Source: Desulfobacterales bacterium (lineage in GTDB: Bacteria; Desulfobacterota; Desulfobulbia; Desulfobulbales; BM004). Taken from it: a stretch of 37,210 nucleotides of DNA. The DNA lies in contig JAAXQI010000085.1 of assembly GCA_012974315.1 (NCBI GenBank), forward strand, positions 1 to 37,210, in the 5' to 3' direction. Each line of letters begins with the position of its first letter. Within the stretch, counting starts at the first letter, position 1. Below are positions 27,279-36,452 of this stretch, piece after piece. The notes beneath the pieces are model-generated. The model saw only the letters and a program-made list of their open reading frames with translations, was not told the DNA's origin and made no database searches. Position numbers and translations under genes: made by a program.

Positions 27279-27289
27279 CAATATACAAG

Positions 27290-27334
27290 GCACAGAGGCG
27301 CAAAGGCGCAGGGCACAAGGCATAGGGCTTAAAG
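27290..27334. repeat. Array of six 7-8-nt tandem repeats, GCNCARG type
   Basis: GCACAGAG GCGCAAAG GCGCAGG GCACAAG GCATAGG GCTTAAAG, preceded by ATATACAAG. Confidence 0.85.
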
Positions 27335-27340
27335 GGTCAT

Positions 27341-27455
27341 CCCTGTCATTCGGAGTCTCGTTAACTCGCTTACCTCGAACGAATGTGAGAAATCTTAAAA
27401 TCTTGAAATCATAAAAACAGGATCTCTCCGGCGATGGCCGTTCGAGATGACAAGG
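27341..27455. repeat. Inverted-repeat / long imperfect hairpin element between the two heptamer arrays (sRNA or MITE-like candidate)
   Basis: Perfect 8-bp pairing CTCGAACG (27374-27381) / CGTTCGAG (27439-27446). Inner 7/8 pairing GAGAAATC (27387-27394) / GATCTCTC (27421-27428). Outer 8/9 pairing CCCTGTCAT (27341-27349) / ATGACAAGG (27447-27455). Confidence 0.5.
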
Positions 27456-27484
27456 TATAAGTAGCCTTCATGGTAAGTTGCAGG

Positions 27485-27571
27485 ATATACAGGCTAGAGG
27501 CGCAAGGCTTAAGGCGCAGGGAACAAGATTTAAAAAGCTGAGTGCTGATAACTGATAGCTGACTGCTTTCA
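27485..27571. repeat. Composite array of exact 7-nt tandem repeats: GCNCARG type followed by GCTGATA type
   Basis: ATATACAG | GCTAGAG GCGCAAG GCTTAAG GCGCAGG GAACAAG | ATTTAAAAA | GCTGAGT GCTGATA ACTGATA GCTGACT GCTTTCA. Confidence 0.85.
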
Positions 27572-27623
27572 ACTACAGTCTTTTCAAGTGGCCAACCAAA
27601 GCCGGATCCTTTGGGCCAGATGT

Positions 27624-28970
27624 TTACTTATCAGCATCCGGTTTGGAAAGCACATTCAAACTTTTGAGAACAAGAAGAGCGGTATTGAGCTGATTGTCAT
27701 TTTTCAGTTTTTCTTTTGTCTTTTCGTCAATCGTAACTTTATCTGAGATTAAGCCACTCTTTTCAATGGTCTGGGCTTTTGACTTTGGTTTAATATTGTC
27801 ACCATTTTCCAGGTGGTGTTTCAGATCCTTTTCCCGGAGAAACTTCATGGGACCTTTATCATTGCCGCCTTCTATTGCAGCAACTGCCGGGACGAGAACA
27901 TCCGGGGTAATGCCTGTTGCCTGGATGGAGGTGCCGCTTGGTGTGTAGTATCTGGCTGTGGTAAGCCGCAGTCCTGCACCATCTGCCATTGGAATAATTG
28001 TTTGTACAGAGCCTTTGCCAAAGGATTGGGTCCCCAGAATCAGTGCCCTTTTATGATCCTGCAGGGCGCCGGCTACGATCTCTGATGCAGATGCCGAACC
28101 ACTGTTTATCAAGATGACTATGGGGAAATCGTAATGCTGACTACCACCGTGGGCTGAAAATTCCAGGTTCTGGTCTTTGAGGCGTCCCTTGGTGGAGACA
28201 ATGATGCCCTCATCAAGGAAGATATCCACGACCTTTACCGAAGCATCAAGTAGACCACCCGGATTGTTACGGAGGTCGAGGACCAATCCCTTCAGCATGC
28301 CTTCTTCCAAGAGTTCATCAATGCTGTTCTTGAGATCCTTTGAGGTGTTTCTCTGGAAGTTTGTTATCCTGATATATCCGTAGCTCTGCTCCAGTATATT
28401 GGATCGTACGCTGTGAATCGGTATTACATCCCTGGCGATAGTAAATTCCTGGAGATCTGTCCAGCCCTCACGATGAATTGAAATGGTCACCTCCGAACCT
28501 TTTGGTCCCCGCAGTTTTTTTACTGCTTCGAATACGGACATATCCTTGGTGGAGTCGTCTTCTATCTTTATGATTCTGTCACCGGCTTGTATGCCTGCCT
28601 TAAAAGCAGGTGTATCCTCAATGGGAGAGACTACGGTGAGCGTGTTGTCCTTTATGGTAATTTCAATTCCAATGCCGCTGAAACTACCCTTGGTCTCGAC
28701 CTGAAGTTCTTTGAAGTCATCAGGTTTTAAGTAGGACGAGTGAGGATCAAGGCTTGTGAGCATCCCCTTGATTGCTCCTTCAAGGGTTTCTTTTGTGTCA
28801 ATGTCATCAACATAACTCTGTTGGACAATGCTGAGTACATTTGAGAAAATCTCCAGATTCTTATAGGTTTCCTGCAAGTCGTCAGTTTTGCTAAATGCAT
28901 ATTGCTGGCTGCCAAAGAGGACCGGGATGATGATGAGAGCAAAAGTAAGGATTTTTTTTGTTGGATTCAT
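27624..28970 (-). CDS. ctpA: Carboxy-terminal processing protease (S41 family, CtpA/Prc-like) with PDZ domain
   Basis: Signal peptide, PDZ block GIGIEI...V.SPIEDTPAFKAGIQAGDRIIKIE, and catalytic region LINSGSASASEIVAGALQD...GTQSFGKGSVQ. Start placed at ATG 28968-28970 (MNPTKKIL...), which has AGGAAC upstream. Confidence 0.9.
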   Translation of the reverse strand: MNPTKKILTFALIIIPVLFGSQQYAFSKTDDLQETYKNLEIFSNVLSIVQQSYVDDIDTKETLEGAIKGMLTSLDPHSSYLKPDDFKELQVETKGSFSGIGIEITIKDNTLTVVSPIEDTPAFKAGIQAGDRIIKIEDDSTKDMSVFEAVKKLRGPKGSEVTISIHREGWTDLQEFTIARDVIPIHSVRSNILEQSYGYIRITNFQRNTSKDLKNSIDELLEEGMLKGLVLDLRNNPGGLLDASVKVVDIFLDEGIIVSTKGRLKDQNLEFSAHGGSQHYDFPIVILINSGSASASEIVAGALQDHKRALILGTQSFGKGSVQTIIPMADGAGLRLTTARYYTPSGTSIQATGITPDVLVPAVAAIEGGNDKGPMKFLREKDLKHHLENGDNIKPKSKAQTIEKSGLISDKVTIDEKTKEKLKNDNQLNTALLVLKSLNVLSKPDADK

Positions 28971-29123
28971 AATGTTCCTATAGATGGGGCTGAGGAGATT
29001 GTCGGTCATAGAGAAATTTAATGGATTTTTCAAACTACACATTTTGTTGAGCATAATATAATAATTTAGCACGCTGAGTACAATCAGACAATATAATATT
29101 ATGGTGGAGTAAAGGGATTCTGG

Positions 29124-30500
29124 TTATTTGGAGGGAGTTGAGGCTGCTTCAGGAAGGGAATTCTTTTTCAACCACAACAAAGGGTCCTCTGGTTTCGATC
29201 CCTTACGAATCTCAAAGTGAAGGCCTTCTCCATAGAGTGGATCTCCGTCCCCGGTCATGCCGACAATCCCCCCTTTTTCTACCTTTGTTCCTTCTTTACT
29301 GTAGAAATCAGCAGCTCTGGATAGCAGTGAGAAGTACTGCTGTCCATGATCAATGATCATGAGATTCCCATAGCCGCGCAGATATCCGGAATGGATAATT
29401 TTGCCATCATAAACAGCTTTAATTTCCATGCCCTTATTTACTCTGATATCAATCCCGGTTGATATGGTAGATGATTCAAATTTCCCTTTAATCTTTTGGT
29501 CAAAGAGAGCTATGACAGTGCCGCTTACCGGAGGATCAAGTAATCCTTTCTGACCGATGAATCCTTCCTGGACAACAGTTTTTTTCGGCAGCTTCTTTTT
29601 CTCAGCTTCAATTACTCCATATGATTGTGTTGTAGCAGGTTTTGGTTGTGGTGCAACAGGTTTCGCTTGTGCTGCTGTTTGTAATCTTTGCAATGTGGCA
29701 GCGAGGTCAGCAGCAGCTTCTTCTATTTCCTGAACAGCCTGTTCATAAAGATGCTGCTCTGTGTTTACCTGCTTCAGCAATATATTTTTTTCCTGGTGGA
29801 TCTGGTTTAATTGCTTTTCTTTTTCGCTCAATTCATCTGTCATTTTCATGAGGCGTAATTTTTCTCTGGCATGCTCCTCCCGGGCAAGGTTCGATTCCTT
29901 TAACTGGGCAAGATACTCCTGGATAATTGTATGGTCATGCTGAACCATAATAGAAAAATATTCTTTGAAATCGAGAAGTTTTGGAAGTGATTCGGAAGAG
30001 AACAAGACATTCATAAGCCCAACCGACCCCATGCGATAATAGGCAGCCAGCCTGTTTTTTACATGTACCTGATGGGCCCTTTTTTCTGTCAGCACCTGGC
30101 GCAAGTATGCCTGCTTGTCAGCTAAAAGAAATTCCTGTTTTTCTGATTCAATCTCGAGGGTGACAAGTTGTTTTTTTTGAACCTGAAGTTCCGTTTCAAT
30201 TTTTTCCAGCTCACCGAGCAATGTTTTTTCTTCATTTTTGGAACCAAGAATTTTGATTTTTTGGTCTATAATACCTTCCTGCAATTTCCTGATTCTTACA
30301 TTGTTTTCTATTATTTCCTGCTGCTGCTTTGGGGTAAGTCGCGTCTGAATTGACTCCTGGGCAAAAGCCAAGGAAATACAGTTTCCTGGTTGGAGGAGAA
30401 GAACTGGTGCCACCAGTATACAGAAGGTGATTACCGACAATACAACTACCTGTAATGGCCCGGTTGGATATTTCCTGAATGTATTGCGAGAGATTCCCAT
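29124..30500 (-). CDS. envC: EnvC-like murein hydrolase activator (coiled coil + degenerate LytM/M23 domain)
   Basis: Long heptad/Q-rich coiled coil. In the C-terminal M23 fold, the HxxxD position reads STGID and the HxH position reads GLHFE, i.e. non-catalytic as in EnvC. Immediately downstream of ftsEX. Confidence 0.8.
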   Translation of the reverse strand: MGISRNTFRKYPTGPLQVVVLSVITFCILVAPVLLLQPGNCISLAFAQESIQTRLTPKQQQEIIENNVRIRKLQEGIIDQKIKILGSKNEEKTLLGELEKIETELQVQKKQLVTLEIESEKQEFLLADKQAYLRQVLTEKRAHQVHVKNRLAAYYRMGSVGLMNVLFSSESLPKLLDFKEYFSIMVQHDHTIIQEYLAQLKESNLAREEHAREKLRLMKMTDELSEKEKQLNQIHQEKNILLKQVNTEQHLYEQAVQEIEEAAADLAATLQRLQTAAQAKPVAPQPKPATTQSYGVIEAEKKKLPKKTVVQEGFIGQKGLLDPPVSGTVIALFDQKIKGKFESSTISTGIDIRVNKGMEIKAVYDGKIIHSGYLRGYGNLMIIDHGQQYFSLLSRAADFYSKEGTKVEKGGIVGMTGDGDPLYGEGLHFEIRKGSKPEDPLLWLKKNSLPEAASTPSK

Positions 30501-30501
30501 G

Positions 30502-31389
30502 TCAGATGCGCATGAATTTTCGCATAGACGAAAAACTGCCTCCCGTACAAAGGGTAATGCTTGCTGCTATTATTATTCCGATTATTGTTGGGGAGAAAAA
30601 AGTGAATTCAATAAGCTGTAAAATACCTGGTCCTGTAAAACGTAATTGAATCCAACGGAAAAGAAAGAAGAGAGCTAAAAGACCTAAAGTGGAGCCAAGC
30701 AGTCCCTGCAGAAAACCTTCAATAAGGAATGGGGTACGGATATAGCCGTTTGTTGCACCCAAAAGTCGTAATATCTCAAGTTCTGCCTGTCTGGCAACTA
30801 CTGCCAATCGAATGGTATAGGCAACCATAAATGCTGTTGTTAAAATGAGAAGTGAACCGCTTAAAATAACAATGATTTGCAAAAGTTTTGTAAAATAATT
30901 GAAGCGTTCAACCCATTCCTGACCGTATTGTACCTTAACGGCACCGGGCAAGGTGGCAAGATATTCTGAAAAACGTTTTATCTGGGCCAGGTTGCTGAGG
31001 TTTTTCTTGGGATACACTTCAATTGATGGTGGCAGGAATGAGGGATCAAGGTCATCAAGCACATCCACATTGTCACCAAGTTGTGTGGCAAGACGGTTGT
31101 AGGCGTCTTGCCGCGAGGTAAATCGTATCTCCTCCACCGGGCTGAAATTGGTTATTCTTCTCACCAGTTGCGATTGCATTTCCATAACAGGTTCTTCCTC
31201 AAGATATATGGTGAGACGCAGGTCGTCACCAAGTCTTTCTCCTGCTTTGATCATATTTGTATAAATCAAGAAGAAAAAGGAAAAGATCAGTACAGATAAA
31301 CTCACGGTCAACAGGGTCATAAACTGCGTGGGCCAAGTCTTTTGAAGGTTGCGGTTTGTCTGGACCAGTATGGTGCTGAAAAATTTCAT
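30502..31389 (-). CDS. ftsX: Cell division ABC transporter permease-like protein FtsX
   Basis: TM1, a large extracytoplasmic loop, then three C-terminal TM segments. Conserved LRLLGATNGYIRTPFLIEG. 4-nt overlap with ftsE. Confidence 0.9.
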   Translation of the reverse strand: MKFFSTILVQTNRNLQKTWPTQFMTLLTVSLSVLIFSFFFLIYTNMIKAGERLGDDLRLTIYLEEEPVMEMQSQLVRRITNFSPVEEIRFTSRQDAYNRLATQLGDNVDVLDDLDPSFLPPSIEVYPKKNLSNLAQIKRFSEYLATLPGAVKVQYGQEWVERFNYFTKLLQIIVILSGSLLILTTAFMVAYTIRLAVVARQAELEILRLLGATNGYIRTPFLIEGFLQGLLGSTLGLLALFFLFRWIQLRFTGPGILQLIEFTFFSPTIIGIIIAASITLCTGGSFSSMRKFMRI

Positions 31390-32105
31390 GGCATATTTTC
31401 GGGAGTTAAAATTGTTCTGTCAGTCGGTTGTACCATTTGTCCGCTGTGGAGTTCAAGGACACGATTTTCAGATTTTCTGTAAATACTTTCATCGTGGGTA
31501 GCAATAATTATAGTTGTGCCGGAAATGTTACACTGTTCAAACAGCTCCATGACAAGCTTCGTTGTTTTAGAATCCAGGTTGCCGGTTGGTTCGTCAGCCA
31601 AAATAAGTGTTGGAGAATTTGCCACGGCGCGGGCTATGGTGACCCTCTGCTGCTCTCCACGTGAAAGGTTTCCTGCAAAGGCATTATGTTTGTGCTCCAG
31701 CCTGAGTTTTTGCAGCAGTTCAATCACCCTTTTCTTTATGGTCCTGATATTCTGGTAGGAGACTTCCATGGCCATGGCAATATTTTGAGCCACAGTTCTA
31801 TCAGGAAGAAGTTTGAAATCCTGATATGCCATACCGATCTGTTGTCTCAATCTGGGTATTTCAGCGCCCTTGATTCGGTTCAGATCTTTCCCCGTCACCT
31901 CGACCATTCCCTTGTCAGGATGCTCAATGCCGCAGATCAGTTTTAACAGGGTGGTTTTTCCGGCACCGCTCATACCTGTCAGAAAAACCATTTCGCCGTA
32001 GGTAATGGAAAGTGAAATATCCTCAAGTGCCACAACATCCGGAGGGTAGATTTTAGTAGCCCTGACAATTTCGACTATCGACTTGTTGGCTGGCTGAGTA
32101 TCCAT
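31386..32105 (-). CDS. ftsE: Cell division ATP-binding protein FtsE
   Basis: Walker [13 protein letters not shown], signature LSRGEQQRV, Walker [12 protein letters not shown]. Confidence 0.95.
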   Translation of the reverse strand: MDTQPANKSIVEIVRATKIYPPDVVALEDISLSITYGEMVFLTGMSGAGKTTLLKLICGIEHPDKGMVEVTGKDLNRIKGAEIPRLRQQIGMAYQDFKLLPDRTVAQNIAMAMEVSYQNIRTIKKRVIELLQKLRLEHKHNAFAGNLSRGEQQRVTIARAVANSPTLILADEPTGNLDSKTTKLVMELFEQCNISGTTIIIATHDESIYRKSENRVLELHSGQMVQPTDRTILTPENMP

Positions 32106-32217
32106 AGAGGCAAATAAGGTGAAACCGGGATATTAAGAGTTTGAGTTGCAAATAAAAATACGTGTAAGGAAAATCCTTTTAGCTTCCAATAAGTTATATA
32201 TCACCTGAATCAACTTT

Positions 32218-32244
32218 TTTATAATGATTAAGAGGTTCTGTCAA
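32218..32244 (-). promoter_or_regulatory. Candidate ftsEX-envC-ctpA promoter
   Basis: On the - strand: TTGACA (32239-32244), 15-nt spacer, TATAAA (32218-32223). The spacer is short, so this is only tentative. Confidence 0.3.
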
Positions 32245-32259
32245 GCTCAATAAAATGGG

Positions 32260-33018
32260 CTATTTAATGATTTTTGAAAAAATTTCATATGCTTGCTGGA
32301 TGATAGCGGCATCTTCTGTCAGGTTGAGATATGATTTTCCACTAAGCTCCTGCTCGATAAGTTGATCACTGCTCGACAGGATTCCCGCCAATGGAAGGTC
32401 TGTGTTTTCAGTGGTTTCTTTTATTTTGTCAGACAGTGCTTCAGGCAATGGATCTGGAGCCCGGTTGACAATGAGAAACTTTTCTTTGATTTCAATTTTT
32501 AACGGCTTTGTGAGTTCTGATATCCTCTTAGCTGTGAGGATACCGCGGGCGGAAGGATCGGAGACAACCAGCAGTAGATCTATGGAACGCAGGTTCATCC
32601 TGCTCAAGTGCTCCATGCCTGCCTCATTATCCACAAGTATATATCGATAGTTATCCGCCAGTTTGTCCATGGTCATGGCAAGGTGCTGGTTGGCTGCACA
32701 ATAGCAGCCGGGTCCATCAGGCTGACCCATAACCAGTAGATCGTAACCTTTTGCTTCAATCAGTGCCTGGTGGACCTTCATCTCCATGAATTGATCCCTG
32801 GTTATATGGGCAGGTATATCCCCCTTTAAATCCCTCCGTATTTCACCCAGGGTGAGATTGACTTCCAACTCCAGGAGTTCATTCAAGTTGGCATTGGCAT
32901 CTGCGTCTACCGCCAGAACAGGTGTCAGGTTATTATGCAGCATATAATTAATAAGCAGGGCGGAAATTGTTGTTTTACCTGTTCCACCTTTTCCTGCCAT
33001 GGCAATAACTTTGGGCAT
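32260..33018 (-). CDS. CooC/AcsF-family P-loop ATPase (nickel-insertion accessory protein type)
   Basis: Deviant Walker A MAGKGGTGKTT and the family-typical CxC metal motif GPGCYCAAN. No CODH/ACS genes are adjacent in this window. Confidence 0.75.
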   Translation of the reverse strand: MPKVIAMAGKGGTGKTTISALLINYMLHNNLTPVLAVDADANANLNELLELEVNLTLGEIRRDLKGDIPAHITRDQFMEMKVHQALIEAKGYDLLVMGQPDGPGCYCAANQHLAMTMDKLADNYRYILVDNEAGMEHLSRMNLRSIDLLLVVSDPSARGILTAKRISELTKPLKIEIKEKFLIVNRAPDPLPEALSDKIKETTENTDLPLAGILSSSDQLIEQELSGKSYLNLTEDAAIIQQAYEIFSKIIK

Positions 33019-33446
33019 TTTTCCCTCTCAAAAGTATTTTTAATAAAATGAAAGACTTCTTATCGTATTACTGTAAAGCAACAAAGAAATTTATCAATCC
33101 GTATCATTACTATTTTAACCAGATTGATTATATTAACCTGCAGTTGGGTTGTCAAACTGTAAGCATGAATTGTTAATGAATATTAAACTGTATTAAGGAT
33201 TGTTTAATTGAGTGTGTAATTGAATTTGTGAATAATCCGGGTTAGGTTGAAAACAAAGGCCTAAGGCTCAGCCATTGAAAGGAACTTTACCCTTGCAACT
33301 TGCATATTACCTGTTATTTTAGCGGCTGCGCGTTATTAATTCCGTTTTATATCTATAATGAGGCGCAATTTTCTGCAGATTTATATTAATGATTTTAATA
33401 TATTATTGTATTTTTCCTGGTCCGGAATGGCCGGGCTAACTGAAAA

Positions 33447-33474
33447 TTGATGCATTCTATAGATTAAGTATAGA
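33447..33474 (+). promoter_or_regulatory. Candidate ileS promoter
   Basis: TTGATG (33447-33452), 16-nt spacer, TATAGA (33469-33474). It would give a roughly 110-nt leader containing a 16-nt perfect palindrome CTAATAAATTTATTAG (33506-33521). Confidence 0.3.
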
Positions 33475-33590
33475 CTTCGAATAATTTCGCAGTCTGTAAC
33501 AGGGCCTAATAAATTTATTAGTCCATAGATGAAAAACCTGTCCGTCGAGTGATTTGGGCGAGACCGATAATAGTAAAAGGAGCAAAGAAA

Positions 33591-36422
33591 ATGGACTACC
33601 GGGCAACTCTCAATCTGCCCCAGACAAGTTTTAAGATGAAGGCTAATCTTTCTCAGAAAGAACCGGAATTTCTTAAGCAATGGGAAAAAGAGGACCTTTA
33701 TGGACAGATACAGGCGGCAACGAAAAACAAGCCGCGCTATATTCTCCATGATGGCCCGCCATATGCCAACGGACATATTCATCTCGGGACAGCATTTAAT
33801 AAGGTATTAAAAGACATCATTCTTAAATCAAAACGGATGGCAGGGTTCCATTGCCCCTATGTTCCTGGCTGGGACTGCCATGGTTTGCCAATAGAACATA
33901 ATGTTGACAAAGAACTGGGAGCCAAAAAAAAGGATATCCCGGTGCTTTCTATACGTGCTGCCTGTCGTAAATATGCAGAAAAGTGGATAAAGATCCAGAG
34001 GGATGAGTTCAAGCGTCTCGGTGTCTTTGGAGACTGGGAAAACCCGTACCTGACAATCAATTATGGTTATGAGGCATCAATTGCCAGAGAATTTAACAGA
34101 TTCTTACTCTCGGGTGGGGTTATCAGGAGCAAGAAACCGGTTTACTGGTGTTCTTCATGCCGGACGGCACTGGCCGAGGCTGAGGTGGAGTATCACGACC
34201 ATGGCTCACCCTCAATCTATGTTAAGTTTCCCTTGTTGGATGATCTGGGAGGGGTCGTACCCGGACTTGCAGAAGAAAAACTCGGGAACCGGAAAGTCTA
34301 TGCCCTGATTTGGACCACCACTCCCTGGACACTGCCGGCCAACCAGGCGGTTGCCTTTCATCCTGACTACACCTACGGGGCAGTCGCGGTGGGTGATGAG
34401 ATTTGGATAATGGCTGTGGATCTCATTGAGCAGGCATTTTCCGATTTCGGTGAAGAGTTGGTAGGCACCGGGCATGAAATTATTGCTACATTTTCAGCCA
34501 GGGAAATTGAGGGCATGAAATGTAAGCATCCCTTCATGGAACGTGAATCACTTATAATTCTGGCTAATTATGTGACACTGGATACCGGTACCGGTATTGT
34601 TCACACAGCTCCTGGACATGGCCGGGAAGATTACATAAGCGGACTGCAATACAACCTGCCTGTATTTTCACCGGTTGATGGTTCTGGCACTTTTACAGAC
34701 GAAGCCGGACCATACGAAGGGATGAACATTTATGATGGAAACAAACAGATCAATGCTGATCTGAAAGAAAAGGGATTTCTGGTCAAAGAGACAGCAATTT
34801 CTCACAGCTATCCCCACTGTTGGCGCTGCAAGAAGCCGGTGATCTTCAGGGCCACGGAACAGTGGTTTATAGCCATGGATAATAATAACCTGCGGCAAAA
34901 CGCTCTGCAGGAGATCAGGAAAGTTACCTGGACGCCACGCTGGGGTATGGAGCGCATTTACGGGATGGTTGAAGTCCGCCCTGATTGGTGTTTGTCCCGT
35001 CAGCGTACCTGGGGGGTGCCGCTCACCGTATTTACCTGTGAAGGATGTGGTGAGGTGCTCAAGGATGAAGCAGTGGCTGAGAGAATTGTTTCTATTTTTG
35101 CTGAGGAAGGGGCAGATGCCTGGTTCAAGTATGATACTTCTCATTTTACAGGAGAGAACTGCAGTTGCAAGAACTGTGGGGGGACTTCCTTCATAAAAGA
35201 AAAAGATATTCTTGATGTCTGGTTCGATTCAGGAGTCAGCTATGCAGCTGTTCTTGAGGAGAGAGAGGAACTGCAGGTGCCTGCAGATCTTTATCTGGAA
35301 GGCAGTGATCAGCATCGCGGTTGGTTTCAAAGCTCTCTTCTTGCTTCAGTAGGAACAAGGGGTGTTCCGCCATATAAAGGTGTTTTAACCCATGGTTTTG
35401 TAGTCGACGGCAAGGGCAAGAAAATGTCCAAAAGTGTGGGCAACGTTATTGCTCCTGAAGAGATCATAAAAACATACGGTGCTGAAATTCTCAGGCTCTG
35501 GGTGTCCAGTGAGGACTACCGCGACGATATTAAGATCTCCGATGAGATATTAAAACAACTGTCAGATGCCTATCGCAAAATACGCAATACAATGCGGTTC
35601 TTCATGGGAAACCTCTATGACTTTGACCCGTCTAAAGACAGGGTTTCATACGAAAATATGGAAGAAATTGACCGCTGGGCATTGCACCAGTTCGAGCTTT
35701 TTAAGCGTAAGGTAATCAGGGCCTATGCTGATTTTGAATTTCACATTGTATTTCATGGGCTGCACCAGTTCTGCGGTGTTACCATGAGTGCTTTTTACCT
35801 CGATATTATCAAAGACCGGTTGTATACGGCTTCCCCGGATTCTGTTGAGAGAAAAGCTGCGCAGACAGTTCTGTATGATATTCTTGCCGGTTTATTGTGT
35901 ATCATGGCACCGGTGATGAACTTTACCGCTGCTGAAGCATGGGTCCATCTGCCCCAGGCAGGTGATGATGAACCGCGCAAAGCCCATGAAGTATTTCTGC
36001 AGGAGTTTCCAAAAGAAAATGAAGAGGCAATTGATCCTGAACTGGACAAGAAATGGAGTCGTCTTCTGGAAGTGAGGTCTGAAATAACAAAGGCCCTGGA
36101 GGGAGCAAGGAGGGACAAGGTTATCGGTCATCCCCTGGAGGCAAAAGTTATGGTTAAGGCAACCGGCTCTCTGGCTGAATTTCTTGCAGATAAGTGGGAC
36201 ACACTCAAGATGATCTCTATTGTTTCAGAACTGGCCCAGGCAGATGTTCTGGAAGGAGATATTTATGCCAGTGAGGAATTGCCTGAGTTGCAGGTTTCTG
36301 TACTTTCTGCCCCAGGGGAGAAATGCGAAAGATGTTGGTTGCGTTCTGAGACCGTTGGTGATGATGATGCTCACCCGGTGCTTTGTAGCCGATGCACGGC
36401 TGTAGTTGCTCAACTTGCATAA
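33591..36422 (+). CDS. ileS: Isoleucine--tRNA ligase
   Basis: HIGH motif PYANGHIHLGT, KMSKS, CP1 editing-domain blocks (WTTTPWTLPAN, GTGIVHTAPGHG), and a C-terminal zinc motif CERCW...CSRC. Start at ATG 33591 with AAAGGAG 7 nt upstream. Confidence 0.97.
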   Translation: MDYRATLNLPQTSFKMKANLSQKEPEFLKQWEKEDLYGQIQAATKNKPRYILHDGPPYANGHIHLGTAFNKVLKDIILKSKRMAGFHCPYVPGWDCHGLPIEHNVDKELGAKKKDIPVLSIRAACRKYAEKWIKIQRDEFKRLGVFGDWENPYLTINYGYEASIAREFNRFLLSGGVIRSKKPVYWCSSCRTALAEAEVEYHDHGSPSIYVKFPLLDDLGGVVPGLAEEKLGNRKVYALIWTTTPWTLPANQAVAFHPDYTYGAVAVGDEIWIMAVDLIEQAFSDFGEELVGTGHEIIATFSAREIEGMKCKHPFMERESLIILANYVTLDTGTGIVHTAPGHGREDYISGLQYNLPVFSPVDGSGTFTDEAGPYEGMNIYDGNKQINADLKEKGFLVKETAISHSYPHCWRCKKPVIFRATEQWFIAMDNNNLRQNALQEIRKVTWTPRWGMERIYGMVEVRPDWCLSRQRTWGVPLTVFTCEGCGEVLKDEAVAERIVSIFAEEGADAWFKYDTSHFTGENCSCKNCGGTSFIKEKDILDVWFDSGVSYAAVLEEREELQVPADLYLEGSDQHRGWFQSSLLASVGTRGVPPYKGVLTHGFVVDGKGKKMSKSVGNVIAPEEIIKTYGAEILRLWVSSEDYRDDIKISDEILKQLSDAYRKIRNTMRFFMGNLYDFDPSKDRVSYENMEEIDRWALHQFELFKRKVIRAYADFEFHIVFHGLHQFCGVTMSAFYLDIIKDRLYTASPDSVERKAAQTVLYDILAGLLCIMAPVMNFTAAEAWVHLPQAGDDEPRKAHEVFLQEFPKENEEAIDPELDKKWSRLLEVRSEITKALEGARRDKVIGHPLEAKVMVKATGSLAEFLADKWDTLKMISIVSELAQADVLEGDIYASEELPELQVSVLSAPGEKCERCWLRSETVGDDDAHPVLCSRCTAVVAQLA

Positions 36423-36452
36423 TAAAAATGTTTTATAGCGCCGGATTTTAAT

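Noticed and set aside
27430-27460. tRNA-like T-arm (GTTCGAG) in the era/ctpA intergenic region
   Set aside because: No cloverleaf can be drawn: there is no acceptor stem, D-arm or anticodon arm. The sequence is one arm of the inverted-repeat element.
33530-33590. T-box riboswitch upstream of ileS
   Set aside because: GGGCGAGACCG only partially resembles the T-box core GGGUGGUACCGCG. It lacks the UGGN that pairs with the tRNA NCCA end. No Stem I, specifier loop or AG-bulge features were recognisable.
33381-33782. 133-aa - strand ORF spanning the ileS start region
   Set aside because: It overlaps the ileS 5' end and RBS, runs through AT-rich intergenic DNA, and has no motifs or convincing RBS.
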